Shown here: piece by piece, positions 29,716-39,889 of the stretch
Layout of the letters: each line of letters opens with the position of its first letter
Position numbering within the stretch: position 1 is the stretch's first letter
Source of the DNA: Nitrospinota bacterium
Lineage (GTDB): Bacteria > UBA8248
Assembly: GCA_028820795.1 (NCBI GenBank)
Contig: JAPPHK010000309.1
Span: 1 to 41,343, forward strand
DNA: 41,343 nt
Reading direction: 5' to 3'
The notes under the pieces: generated by a model
Told to the model about the DNA's origin: nothing
The model's database searches: none
What the model saw: only the letters and a program-made list of their open reading frames with translations
Program-made: the position numbers and the translations under genes

Positions 29716-30060
29716 GGCCGTATGGTATCACACGGGATTTCGTTGATGAATAGGAAGGCTCGGCCCCGACAGAAACCCGCCGGGCTACGCTGGAGTTATA
29801 ATTCATCCGCTTCCGCTTTGATTACTTCTTCCAGAAAGCAAATCCCCAACGAGGTTGAGAAGAGTTAGTTTTTCTCAATGATATCAACGGAATAATGGGA
29901 TTATATAGCCGCAGCAAATCACCCACTGCCACTAAACGGGCGCAAGAGCCTTGCGCTTTCATTCGTTGCGAGTAAAGACCGTCTAAACCCAAAAAACGCT
30001 AGACCCGATTAGAGGTTCCCTAGTAGTCTAAGGAAGAATTCTTACTGCAAGGGGGCTCCC

Positions 30061-32271
30061 ATGGCTCGATTGAAAATCGCCGCTACCATCCTAGCTGCTG
30101 CCGAAAAATGGAAACAGCGCTGCCTGCTCGAGGACGGCTCGCTCTTTTCCGAACAACGGCTCTGGACCAGGGAAAACTTCGGGGAACTTCAAACCTGCTT
30201 CGTCGAGCGTCCCGATGAGGGAAGCGATTCTTTCGCGGAGAAGCTGCGGCGCCAGCTCGACCCCGCGCCACCGGAAGCGAAGCGTCTGTGGGCGGAGATG
30301 ACGTGGGTGTATTACCTGATCGCAAGTTCCGTAAAACGGGTAACGAAGCTCGACAGGATCAGGACGGTCTGGGAGTGGTCGGGAGCGGCGCTTCCTGAAG
30401 ATCACTGGGCGTTGGGCGAAGTTCTGGACGGAGGGATGGTCAATCCAGGCATGGCCTATTTGAATCACCAGTGGCGTGAGTTCAGGTTCATCATCACCAT
30501 GATGCTGGACTGGAACTCCCGTTCCGCAAGGGAACGGGAGACACTGCTGAACGATCCCTGGGGTTTCGCGGAATGGGTTGACGGGCAGGAAGACAGCCAC
30601 CGACGTCAATTCCGCCATGCCCTGTTGTTCCTTCTGTTCCCGGGCGAGTTCGAGTCCATCGTATCGCGACGCCACAAGAAGGACATCGTCAAGGCTTTTC
30701 GAGAGGAAATCGGTGAAACATACGATGTCGACCGCATGAATCTTACCGAACTCGACAGGGCGTTACTTGCGGTAAGGAGACGCCTCGAAGGCGAGCATCC
30801 CGGGAAAGAAATATATTTCTATGAGCCATCCTTGAGGGAGCGTTGGGACGACGACGATTCGACGACGCCGGGCAATAACGGTCAAATTGAAAAGACCGAT
30901 CATAAGACATGGTTCCAGAAGCGTTTCGGTATGGCGGACGTGTGGGCCATCGCGCCGGGTGAGGGCGCTCGCTTGTGGAGGGATTTCCAGGAACATGGCA
31001 TCGCGGCAATCGGATACGACGAACTAGGAGATCTCAGTGATTACGATTCCAAAGACGCCATCCACAGTGCGTTAATAGAGAACGGCGCATTGCAAAACCC
31101 GATCAACCATTCGCTTGCCGTGTGGGAATTCGTGCATGAGATTAAGAACGGGGATATTCTCATCGCCAAGAGAGGGCGTAAGACTATACTCGCATGGGGG
31201 GAGGTCACCGGAGATTACACATACGAGCCCGAGCGGCCTGAGTACCGCAACCTCCGGAAAGTCGAGTGGCATCCGTGCCGTTCACCGATCAACCTCGAGG
31301 ACCCGATCACCACCAAGACGCTGACTCGATTCACCTCTTACAAGAATTGGTTGCGGGATGTCTTCAAATTGATCGATGAACCGCCAGAAAACGGGCCCGA
31401 TGGGAAACAACCCTATGACATTCCCGCCGCAATCGTTGACTTGTTCTTGGAGGAAACGCAGTTCCGTCGCATTCTCGACTCCATAGCGCTTCGCAAGAAC
31501 CTGATTCTTCAGGGGCCGCCGGGGGTCGGCAAAACCTTCATCGCCCGGCGGATCGCATGGTGCCTGATGGGTCGCAAAGACTCGCGACCCATCGAGATGG
31601 TGCAGTTCCATCAGTCCTATGCGTACGAGGACTTCGTGCAGGGCTGGAGGCCGACTGAAACCGGTGGCTTCAGGTTGCGCAATGGTGTGTTTTACGAGTT
31701 CTGCAAACGCGCGGAACAACAGCCAGATACGCCTTTCGTCTTCATCATCGACGAGATCAACCGGGGCAATCTCTCAAGGATATTCGGGGAACTGCTCATG
31801 CTCATCGAAGCGGACAAGCGTGGCCCCGGGCACGCTATCGCGCTGACATACGGCGCGCCCGGAGAACGCTTCAGCGTTCCTGAAAACGTACATGTACTGG
31901 GACTCATGAACACCGCTGACCGTTCTCTGGCGATAGTGGACTACGCGCTTCGCCGCCGGTTTGCGTTCGAGACGCTCAAGCCCGCGTACGGCACCGGGAA
32001 ATTCCGGGAATACCTGCTGGAAGCGGAAGTCGACAAGGACCTCGTGGACCGGATCGACCGCAACCTGTCGGCGCTCAACGAGCGCATCCGTGACGACAAG
32101 GACCTCGGTCCCGGCTTCCAGATCGGACACAGCTATTTCGTGCCCGAGGGATCGGCAGACGAGCAGTGGTACCTGAGCATCGTCGATACCCAGATTGCGC
32201 CGTTGCTGCGAGAGTATTGGTTCGACCGTCCCGAGCAGGTGGATAAACTGGTCGAGGATTTGAGGCGGTGA
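30061..32271 (+). CDS. mcrB: McrB-family AAA+ GTPase, type IV restriction
   Basis: GPPGVGKT, FHQSYAYEDFVQG, IIDEINRGN, MNTADRS, ALRRRF, IGHSYF. Confidence 0.95.
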   Translation: MARLKIAATILAAAEKWKQRCLLEDGSLFSEQRLWTRENFGELQTCFVERPDEGSDSFAEKLRRQLDPAPPEAKRLWAEMTWVYYLIASSVKRVTKLDRIRTVWEWSGAALPEDHWALGEVLDGGMVNPGMAYLNHQWREFRFIITMMLDWNSRSARERETLLNDPWGFAEWVDGQEDSHRRQFRHALLFLLFPGEFESIVSRRHKKDIVKAFREEIGETYDVDRMNLTELDRALLAVRRRLEGEHPGKEIYFYEPSLRERWDDDDSTTPGNNGQIEKTDHKTWFQKRFGMADVWAIAPGEGARLWRDFQEHGIAAIGYDELGDLSDYDSKDAIHSALIENGALQNPINHSLAVWEFVHEIKNGDILIAKRGRKTILAWGEVTGDYTYEPERPEYRNLRKVEWHPCRSPINLEDPITTKTLTRFTSYKNWLRDVFKLIDEPPENGPDGKQPYDIPAAIVDLFLEETQFRRILDSIALRKNLILQGPPGVGKTFIARRIAWCLMGRKDSRPIEMVQFHQSYAYEDFVQGWRPTETGGFRLRNGVFYEFCKRAEQQPDTPFVFIIDEINRGNLSRIFGELLMLIEADKRGPGHAIALTYGAPGERFSVPENVHVLGLMNTADRSLAIVDYALRRRFAFETLKPAYGTGKFREYLLEAEVDKDLVDRIDRNLSALNERIRDDKDLGPGFQIGHSYFVPEGSADEQWYLSIVDTQIAPLLREYWFDRPEQVDKLVEDLRR

Positions 32272-33308
32272 ACGATAGGAAAATTCCCATCGCCAACATC
32301 TACTACCTCCTGTGCTACGCCTGGAACCATGTCGATGAGCGCGATGTGGTACGGCTTGAAGAACTGGAAGGGCTGGAAAAAGTACACGATCTCCTGGGCA
32401 AGGTGCTGGCCGAAGGGACATTCCGGCTTATTCGCAGAGGCATCGACCGCGGCTACCGGGAGTTGCGCGAGGACCTCGCCGGCATCCGCGGAAAAATTGC
32501 CGTGGGAGAGACCGCGAAACGGGCGCTACTCGTCCGCGGACAGGTCGCTTGTGACTTCGAGGAGTTGTCCCATGACGTGCTTCACAACCGCATCTTGCGC
32601 TCCACGCTGAGATCCCTGCTGCGACTCAAGGACCTGCACTCAGGCGTGCGCGCCCAAGTCCGGAACGCCTATTCGAAGCTCGACGGCGTAAGCGTAGTGC
32701 CGTTGCACAGCCGATTGTTCCGGCAGGTGCATATCGACCGCAATCGTCGGTACTATCGGTTCCTGTTGTCCGTGTGCCGACTCATCCATGAGCAGTTGCT
32801 GGTCGACGAACGTTCCGGGCAAGCCACGTTCAGCGATTTCAGCGAAGAGCGGATGGAGAAATTGTACGAGGACTTCATCATAGGGTTTTATCGCCGTGAA
32901 CAGGACCGTTACCGGGTCAACCATCGCGGGCGCACCATCGCGTGGGTTGACGAGGGCACGCCCGATCACCAGCGCTCGAAGCTTCCGCGAATGGAGGCCG
33001 ACGTCATTCTGGAAGCGCCGGAGCGCCGGATCATTATGGATGCCAAGTACTATCGGGAGGCTTTTGGCGGCCGTTACGGCGGGAAGCTGCATTCGAACAA
33101 TCTCTACCAACTCATGGCCTACGTGAGAAATCGCGAGGCAACCGAAGCGACGGGACCAAAGCACGAGGGGATCCTGCTCTACCCGACAGTAGAGGCGCCG
33201 GTGGCGGCCGACGTCCACTTGGAAGGCTTCCCGATCCGGGCCCGGAGCATCGATCTTTCCCAGGATTGGCGCAACATTCACGACGATATGTTGGCCTTAA
33301 TCGCGTAA
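32268..33308 (+). CDS. mcrC: McrC-family nuclease subunit
   Basis: IPIANIYYLLCYAW, MEKLYEDF, MEADVIL..IMDAKYY, NLYQLMAY, GILLYP; GTGA overlap with mcrB. Confidence 0.95.
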   Translation: MNDRKIPIANIYYLLCYAWNHVDERDVVRLEELEGLEKVHDLLGKVLAEGTFRLIRRGIDRGYRELREDLAGIRGKIAVGETAKRALLVRGQVACDFEELSHDVLHNRILRSTLRSLLRLKDLHSGVRAQVRNAYSKLDGVSVVPLHSRLFRQVHIDRNRRYYRFLLSVCRLIHEQLLVDERSGQATFSDFSEERMEKLYEDFIIGFYRREQDRYRVNHRGRTIAWVDEGTPDHQRSKLPRMEADVILEAPERRIIMDAKYYREAFGGRYGGKLHSNNLYQLMAYVRNREATEATGPKHEGILLYPTVEAPVAADVHLEGFPIRARSIDLSQDWRNIHDDMLALIA

Positions 33309-33644
33309 TTTAGCTTCCTTCTGAGCGCAACGAAGTCGGAGAGTGTCAATGCAGCCCAGAGAGTGGGGCTGACCTAGATAGTTCAAATTCTGCTTGGGCC
33401 TGCCACCCAAGACAAGGGATTCGCTGTTAACTTTTTACCGACTCGCCCTGAAAGCTTTTAGGTTCGGAACGTTACCAGGTACGGGCCGTTTTGAGCGGTC
33501 GGCGAAGGAAGGGACTTGGGAATTACATTTTATATGCGCTCTGGCCCCTTGAAGCCGGATTCGGGCATTGGCTACCATTACCGCGAGTTCCGTTAGTCCG
33601 GGGGCACACTCTCGGTTGGATAAAAGAGCAAGGAAGGAACTTCT

Positions 33645-34346
33645 GTGCCGAGGCGCAAACGACCATTGCATACAAGCCGAAGCGAACATTGGCTTCGTAT
33701 AGCGGCAAACGAAGCATCCGTTTTCACGAATGAAAGGATCAGGCTTGCGTTTGGATGGTGCGCTCGAGAAATGATCGATTGGTTGTCGCCTATCAAAGCC
33801 GATCAGTATGCGGAATACTATGATGGCGAGTTCCTGAAGCGTCTGGGAATCTACGAGCTTGCAACTCCCCTGCACTCGTTCTGGCCGCCAAACGGACCGC
33901 GCTGGGACGGCCTCGCCAGAACATCTTCGCACAAGTTCCTGATGGTCGAGGCCAAGGCATATATTGAGGAAGCTGTAGATTTTGGCAGCAAGGCGGGAGA
34001 TACCTCTCGCAACAAGATTGCTGAAGCGCTGAGAGAGTCACAACTCGCGTACGGGGCCAATCCAGACGCAAACTGGGAAGCACCGTTTTACCAATATGCA
34101 AATCGTCTCGCTCATCTTCACTTTCTGGTCGCGAAGAATGAAATCGATGCTTTTCTCGTATTCTTGTATTTCGCGAACGCACCTGATGTACCAAGCCCCT
34201 GTACCGCGAAGGAGTGGGAAGGGGCCAGGAGGTTGACCGAGAAATGCCTCGGTCTAGGCAGTAGTCATACCTACAGCGATCGAATTGCAACCATCGTGAT
34301 AGACGTCCCTGAAATGTGCGAGTCATATCTCGGTGTCAATCCGTGA
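33645..34346 (+). CDS. Hypothetical PD-(D/E)xK nuclease-like protein
   Basis: SE near N-terminus, FWPPNGPRWDGL..MVEAKAYIEE, YQYANRL; GTG start after aaggaagg. Confidence 0.6.
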   Translation: MPRRKRPLHTSRSEHWLRIAANEASVFTNERIRLAFGWCAREMIDWLSPIKADQYAEYYDGEFLKRLGIYELATPLHSFWPPNGPRWDGLARTSSHKFLMVEAKAYIEEAVDFGSKAGDTSRNKIAEALRESQLAYGANPDANWEAPFYQYANRLAHLHFLVAKNEIDAFLVFLYFANAPDVPSPCTAKEWEGARRLTEKCLGLGSSHTYSDRIATIVIDVPEMCESYLGVNP

Positions 34347-34734
34347 TGGAGAGTCTAGAGGTGTTCGGTCCCAGCATCGAAAGACCCGTTGTGGAGTTCG
34401 GTGTCAGGCTGTAACACTCTTGTTAATGGTCGGTGAGTTCCAAACAGAGGAAACATAGTGATCTTCGAATATTGTTCGAAGACATCGTTATCCGTGTCAG
34501 CATCCACTTAAGGAACATCGATCACAATACTTTGAAGAGGGTGTCTACCAAATGTGCGGCGACAATGTCTGCACGCACTTACTCCAGCCCGTCGCGAAGG
34601 TGAGAAAGGGGTAAATTCTTCCGGATAATGGAAGCGAGGCATAGAACTGGTGACCATCGCCGTATGTCGGACAGTCGTAGTTCAGGAAAACCAGCAACCA
34701 TAAAATTCAGTGGACATCAGCAATACTGACTTTC

Positions 34735-34808
34735 AAACTGCCGTCTGCATCCACCACGCACACACTCGGCCACTTTAATGACACGTCGAGTCCTGCAAAA
34801 CAGTGCAT
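34735..34808 (-). pseudogene. IS110-family transposase, extreme N-terminal fragment
   Basis: MHCFAGLDVSLKWPSVCVVDADG with intact gaggagg RBS; similarity stops after about 25 codons. Confidence 0.75.
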
Positions 34809-34984
34809 AAGTCCTCCTCTTGTGGGTGTGGGAGATCGGACCATCCCGGCTTCACCAATACGTTTCCTGCACTGCGAACGTCGCTCGCACTTCATGACAG
34901 GTGTATCGCAGATTGCGGGACCGCAAGCGCAGTAATAAAGGCCGGCCGTCGACACGGTTCAAGCCCCGGACGCAGATCATGTCG

Positions 34985-35200
34985 GGATCACAGTGTCGAG
35001 AGCATCATCGAGATCACCCCGCCCTGAGGGACACCCGCCACCGGCCTCTGCAAGGCTTCCTCTTCGAGCACCCCCGCATTCAGCCATTGGTCGATGATGC
35101 GCCTTGCGACGCCGTCCTTGACCGCAGGTCGAGGAATGACCGGAGGAGGGTGTGCGTGATCGAGTCGAGGCACTTCGAGATATCGGCATCGATCACCTTT
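34985..35200 (-). pseudogene. Group II intron reverse transcriptase remnant
   Basis: DADISKCLDSITH, frameshift, VKDGVARRIIDQWLNAGVLE..GVPQGGVIS; stops before any YADD. Confidence 0.8.
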
Positions 35201-35591
35201 CACTTACGCATGGCCCCCTGCGCGTGTTCGCCTGCCACGGCAGCCCGCGCCAGGTCAACGGGTTCCAGTGGAAGACCACAAAGCCTTCGCACTTTCTCGC
35301 GAAGCGCGCCGGGGTCATGGAGCATCCTCCCGTCGACGGGCGATCCTGCGTCTGGTATCCTGCGCTATCCACGGACGCGGACCGGTTGAGCATGTTCCGG
35401 TGTGCTACGATCACGGGGCGCCGGCTCGCGAAACGGCGAGAGAGGGCATCAGTCAGGAGTTCGTCACGACGATTCGCACCGGGAGGTGGACCACCAGCCT
35501 GGAGATCCTGCCGGGCAGGGAACGGGCTCGCGGGCGCTGCTGAGGGTCCGTGGTCCCGGCTTTCCTCCGGTGCGCCAACCGGGAGGCGCCG

Positions 35592-37448
35592 TTGAGTGCT
35601 CACATCGCCTATCTGGACGGACCGCGCCTGCGCCGGTCTCTGGTAGCCGCCTGCGAGTATACCCGCCAGCAGCGGCAGGAACTGAATCGCATCAACGTCT
35701 TTCCGGTGCCCGACGGCGACACCGGCACCAACCTGGGCCTCACCGTGGAGGCCATCGCGGACCGCCTGCGGCGCAACCGCGACCGGGCGGTTTCCGCCGT
35801 CGCGGACGATGCAGCCGAAGCGGCGCTGCTGGGTGCGCGCGGCAACAGCGGGATGATGCTGTCGCACTTCCTGGTGGGCTTCGCGGCCCACCTGAAGGGA
35901 CGCAGGCGCGTGGATCCGCGCGGGTTCGCCGAGGCGCTGGGCGGGGGCATCGACAACCTCTACAACGCGCTCGACAACCCGGTCGAGGGCACCATTCTGA
36001 CTGTTATCCGGGACACCGCGAACGCCGCGAAGGAGAGCTCCGCTACGGACTTCGTCCCCTGCGTCGACCGGCTGGTGGACGCCGCGCGCGAGTCGCTCGA
36101 GCGCACGCCCTCGCTGCTTCCGGTGCTTGAGGCGGCGGGGGTGGTGGACGCCGGCGGCCGCGGTTTCGTGCACATGCTGGAGGGCGTACTCCTGCTCATC
36201 AACGGGGACCCGATCGCCGCCTCCGGAGACGAGACGGATTACGCGCAGGTCCCGGCGGCCGTCACCGAGGTCGAGTATCCCGGGAATGAGGAGCAGTACC
36301 GCTACTGCACCGAGGCGTTGGTGCGCGGCGAGGGGCTGCCGGCGTCCGCGGTCGTGCGCGAGGAACTGCGCCGCCATGGCGATTCCATCATCGTGGTCAG
36401 CACCGGCGCCCTGCTCAAGGTGCACGTGCACACGGACGGTCCTGAAGGAGTCTTCTCCTACCTGCGAACGCTGGGCAGGCTCGCCACGAAGAAAGCCGAG
36501 GACATGCGCGCCCAGCACGCGGCGGCGCGCCGCGGCGGGGGGGGCCATCAGACCCTGGTGCGGCGTCCCTTCGCGATCGTGACCGACAGCGGCAACGATC
36601 TCCCCGAAGACGTCATCCGCGCCCACGGCATCCACGTGGTCCCGGTCGTGCTCGTGGACGGGGGCCGCCCCCTGCGCGACGGCATCGACATCACCGCGGA
36701 GGAATTCCACGAGAAGATGCGCGACGCCGGCGGAGAACTGCCCACCACCTCGCAGCCTCCGCCGCAGGCCTTCGTGGAGGGCTTCGCGCAGGCAGCCGAG
36801 GACGGCGACCGGATCCTGGGCGTCGTGCTGGGAAGCGGCGTGTCCGGCACCTTCGGTTCTGCGGAAGCGGCGGCGCGGACCTTCGAGGAGGCGCCGGTGC
36901 ACCTGTTCGACTCCTGCGGGGTGTCGATTCTCGAGGGGCTGCTCGTGCTGAAGGCGGCGGAACTGGCGGAGAGCGGGGCGAGCGCCGGCGAGATCCTGGC
37001 CGAACTCTCCCGCGTGCGCGGCCAGTCCGGTATTTTCGCCACCGTGGACACCTTCGACCGCCTGCTGCACTCGGGGAGGGTGGGAAAGGGCCAGGCCTGG
37101 TTCGGGGGCATGCTGGGGGTGAAGCCCATCCTGTCGCTGACCGGAGAGGGGAAGGTCGTTCCGGTCGGCAAGGTGATCGGCCGCAAAAAGGTGCTTCCGG
37201 CGGTTCTCGGTCTTCTGGAGGACCGCATCCCGGCCGGTGCAAAGCAACTCCGCTTCGGCGTGGTGCACGTCGGGTGCCCGGAGATCGTCGAAGAGGTCTC
37301 GGCCGCCCTACACGCGCGTTATGGCGACGTGGACATCATAGGCGGCCCCACGGCCCCGATCTTCGCCACCCACCTGGGGCTGGGCGCCTGGTGCCTGGCC
37401 TACATGGTCGAGGACCAGGGACCACAGCTCAGCCCGGCGAAGGGGTAG
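35592..37448 (+). CDS. DAK2-DegV fusion (fatty-acid kinase FakA/FakB-like)
   Basis: INVFPVPDGDTGTNL, GARGNSG, PVEGTILTV, GVVDAGG, KVHVHT; then IVTDSG, TTSQPPP, SGTFGSA, GVKPIL, THLGLGA; TTG 35592 after gggagg. Confidence 0.93.
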   Translation: MSAHIAYLDGPRLRRSLVAACEYTRQQRQELNRINVFPVPDGDTGTNLGLTVEAIADRLRRNRDRAVSAVADDAAEAALLGARGNSGMMLSHFLVGFAAHLKGRRRVDPRGFAEALGGGIDNLYNALDNPVEGTILTVIRDTANAAKESSATDFVPCVDRLVDAARESLERTPSLLPVLEAAGVVDAGGRGFVHMLEGVLLLINGDPIAASGDETDYAQVPAAVTEVEYPGNEEQYRYCTEALVRGEGLPASAVVREELRRHGDSIIVVSTGALLKVHVHTDGPEGVFSYLRTLGRLATKKAEDMRAQHAAARRGGGGHQTLVRRPFAIVTDSGNDLPEDVIRAHGIHVVPVVLVDGGRPLRDGIDITAEEFHEKMRDAGGELPTTSQPPPQAFVEGFAQAAEDGDRILGVVLGSGVSGTFGSAEAAARTFEEAPVHLFDSCGVSILEGLLVLKAAELAESGASAGEILAELSRVRGQSGIFATVDTFDRLLHSGRVGKGQAWFGGMLGVKPILSLTGEGKVVPVGKVIGRKKVLPAVLGLLEDRIPAGAKQLRFGVVHVGCPEIVEEVSAALHARYGDVDIIGGPTAPIFATHLGLGAWCLAYMVEDQGPQLSPAKG

Positions 37449-37756
37449 CGCACATGGGCCGCCAGGCGGGCGAGGCGCGACTCCCGGGACGCGGGGCTGG
37501 TCACCACGAAGAGCAGATCAACTGCCATGCCGCCATTCCCCAAACGTCACCGCGCGGAACCACGCCCACCATGGGGCGAACGTACGGATACGAAGACGCT
37601 CCGACAGGAATGCTCCAGGTTGCGCACGAGTTTGAATTCACTCGCTACCGCTTTAATTACATATTGCAAAAACCGGGTCTTAATCGAAACTCGAAAAAAC
37701 AAATATCCACAACAACTTCAACAAACTACAAAGACTTCACCCCCAATAAGAATCCC

Positions 37757-37786
37757 CCACTGTCTGTAAACGGGCGAAAGATCCGT
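37757..37786 (+). repeat. 30-bp direct repeat, copy 1
   Basis: ccactgtctgtaaacgggcgaaagatccgt; 27/30 identical to 39890-39919. Confidence 0.8.
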
Positions 37787-38069
37787 CTGCTGAACTGCTT
37801 CCGCAGGAGGTGGTTCGCGTTGACCTCACCCGATGCGATTCCTCCCGGGCCCGTGATACGCGCGACGACTCGTCGCTTGTCGAATCCCGTGGTTCCCCGT
37901 GCCGACTGCCGAAAGGCGGGACACGGGATCCGTCGCACCGGGAGTCCTGACGCGGACTCCAGGCCATGATCCCGATTCCGCCGATGAGGGCGGCAAGTCC
38001 TTCGGGTTCCGGAACGCGACGGGGGAGGCGGCGCAACACCCTGGCTTGCTGCAAACAAGGGCTGCCCGT

Positions 38070-39770
38070 CTACTCCGCCCTCCACGCGGCGAAAGAACCC
38101 AGGATCCTGATCGGGTCCGGGTCGGTGGCGCTGCCCGCTGCGGCGGCGGCGAAGGCGCCCGCGGCGGTCGTGGGGTATTCGGTTCGGGCGGCGTCCGTAT
38201 CTGCCGCGGCATCGTTGGGGCCGTAGAACCGGCCGCCCCACGCGCCTTTCAGCGAGGCGCCTCCCAGGGCGCCCCGGCTGGCGCCCTCGAAGCCGGTCGT
38301 GCTGTCGCCGTCCCGCGCGCCCGCGATGACGGGCGCCCTCCCCAGCGTCAGCGAGCCCGCCACGGACATGCCGCCGGCCCTGATGCGGGAGACGCTCCCG
38401 GTGACGACGCCCAGGAGCAGCCCGTCATTCGCGGCCGGGGTGGTAGCGGTTTCCGACGTGGAATCGGCCCCGCCGGTTCCACCGAAGCTGGCCGTCAGGC
38501 TCACGTCCGCGTCGAAGTATTCGACCATGCCGCCCGCCGAATACATGCCCGTCGCGACGCCGTTGTACGTCGCCGTGCCCGTGAGCCCGGCCCTGACCTC
38601 GAACACGTCGCTGCCGCTCGCGAACGCGCCGGCCGCGGCCGGGTCCGCGGCGCCCGCAGCGTCCGGAACGCTCAGCCAGACGCCCCAGGCCAGCCAGTCG
38701 GCGTCGGGCACGGGAGTCATGCCGCTTGCGACGGGCTGCCACCCGTAGCCCTGAACCGCCACGATCACGCCGTCTTGATCGACGCTGATGGCGCAGCCGC
38801 CGACCGTGCCGGGGGCGCAATAAAACCGCCCCGCCTGCGGCGGCAGGTTGTCGGTGGCGGACACGTTCCGCGTTCCCGTGAAGGTCGAACCGTCTCCCGG
38901 AACGTCGCCGGTGATGATCTGGCCGATTGCCAACGCGGCATCATCGGGTCCCGTGCCCGAGCCATCGGCGGTAGCCCCGTAATTCCGCCTCATCCCGGGC
39001 GCCTCGATGTCCGTATAGACGATGGCATAGGAGTCGGAAGCGGCATCCTCCGCCAGTTCCCTGCCCATCCAGCCCCCGCGGGTCGTCAGCAGCGCCGGGT
39101 TTTCGCCTCTCAGCAAGGCGGGGCCGACGCCGGTCACCGTGATTGCGGGTCCGCTCGCGCCGTATTCCGCCGTCGCGCTGACCGGACCGCCCTGGGAGAC
39201 GCTTCCGGCCTGAGCGCCGGGACCATCCGCTACAGCGGTTCGCTCGACAGGATCAGCCGCCGTCGCGGCCAGCTCCGCACCCACTCTCCCCGCGTTGGAA
39301 ACGGGCTCGACGGCGGGCCTGCCCTCGGCGTTCTGGTTGGCGATCCTGTTCGCCAGGGAAGTCAGGCCCAGGCCTCTCGCGCCGGCCGCCTCCACCGCGC
39401 TGTCGCGATGCCCCTCGGCCGCCGCCCGGTACGCCCCGGCCGTCGCCGGAGTTCCGGCCGTCGCCGCCGCGCCGGACGCCTCCCCGGCCATGTCCGCGTA
39501 CACCTGCGCGTTCGCCATCGCCACGGGATCCACCGCGCCCCTCACCGCGGCCATCGCCGCCGTCCAGGCCGCCATGGCGGCGTCGCGGGCTTCCTTGAGA
39601 GCCTGCGCTTCCGTTTCTTCGGGCGCCGGGCCCGGGTCCACGGGTGCGGGCGGGTCCGGCGGAGCGGCAGTCGTGCCGCCGCCACCGCCGCCGCAGCCCG
39701 CCGGCGCCAGCGCGAAGGCGGCCGCCAGCGCGAAAGCGTAAAGCCTGGTTGTCGATTTCTCCCTGAACAT
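38070..39770 (-). CDS. Surface lipoprotein with C-terminal TbpB-like beta-barrel
   Basis: Signal peptide ending ALAPAG|C, then GGGGGG and Pro-rich linker; DWLAWGVWL, GTATYNGVATGMY, ADVSLTASF, GAWGGRFYG, GSFAA; ATG 39770 with aagagg RBS. Confidence 0.75.
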   Translation of the reverse strand: MFREKSTTRLYAFALAAAFALAPAGCGGGGGGTTAAPPDPPAPVDPGPAPEETEAQALKEARDAAMAAWTAAMAAVRGAVDPVAMANAQVYADMAGEASGAAATAGTPATAGAYRAAAEGHRDSAVEAAGARGLGLTSLANRIANQNAEGRPAVEPVSNAGRVGAELAATAADPVERTAVADGPGAQAGSVSQGGPVSATAEYGASGPAITVTGVGPALLRGENPALLTTRGGWMGRELAEDAASDSYAIVYTDIEAPGMRRNYGATADGSGTGPDDAALAIGQIITGDVPGDGSTFTGTRNVSATDNLPPQAGRFYCAPGTVGGCAISVDQDGVIVAVQGYGWQPVASGMTPVPDADWLAWGVWLSVPDAAGAADPAAAGAFASGSDVFEVRAGLTGTATYNGVATGMYSAGGMVEYFDADVSLTASFGGTGGADSTSETATTPAANDGLLLGVVTGSVSRIRAGGMSVAGSLTLGRAPVIAGARDGDSTTGFEGASRGALGGASLKGAWGGRFYGPNDAAADTDAARTEYPTTAAGAFAAAAAGSATDPDPIRILGSFAAWRAE

Positions 39771-39889
39771 CGTCTGGCGAGTCCTCTTGTGCGTTGTGAA
39801 TAGGGAAAAGCGGGATGAACGTGTATGGACGTACATGGGCGCCAATGGAGGGTTCGGCGCAGTGCGGTCAGGCCCTGTCGTACATCCGG

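Noticed and set aside
29860-29935. Possible att/tRNA-end remnant (aaatcacccactgcca)
   Set aside because: Too short and divergent; no cloverleaf or second copy
35193-37268. 691-aa minus-strand ORF
   Set aside because: Antisense shadow of the DAK2-DegV gene
37899-39803. 634-aa plus-strand ORF
   Set aside because: Arg/Gly-rich antisense shadow of the lipoprotein gene in high-GC DNA
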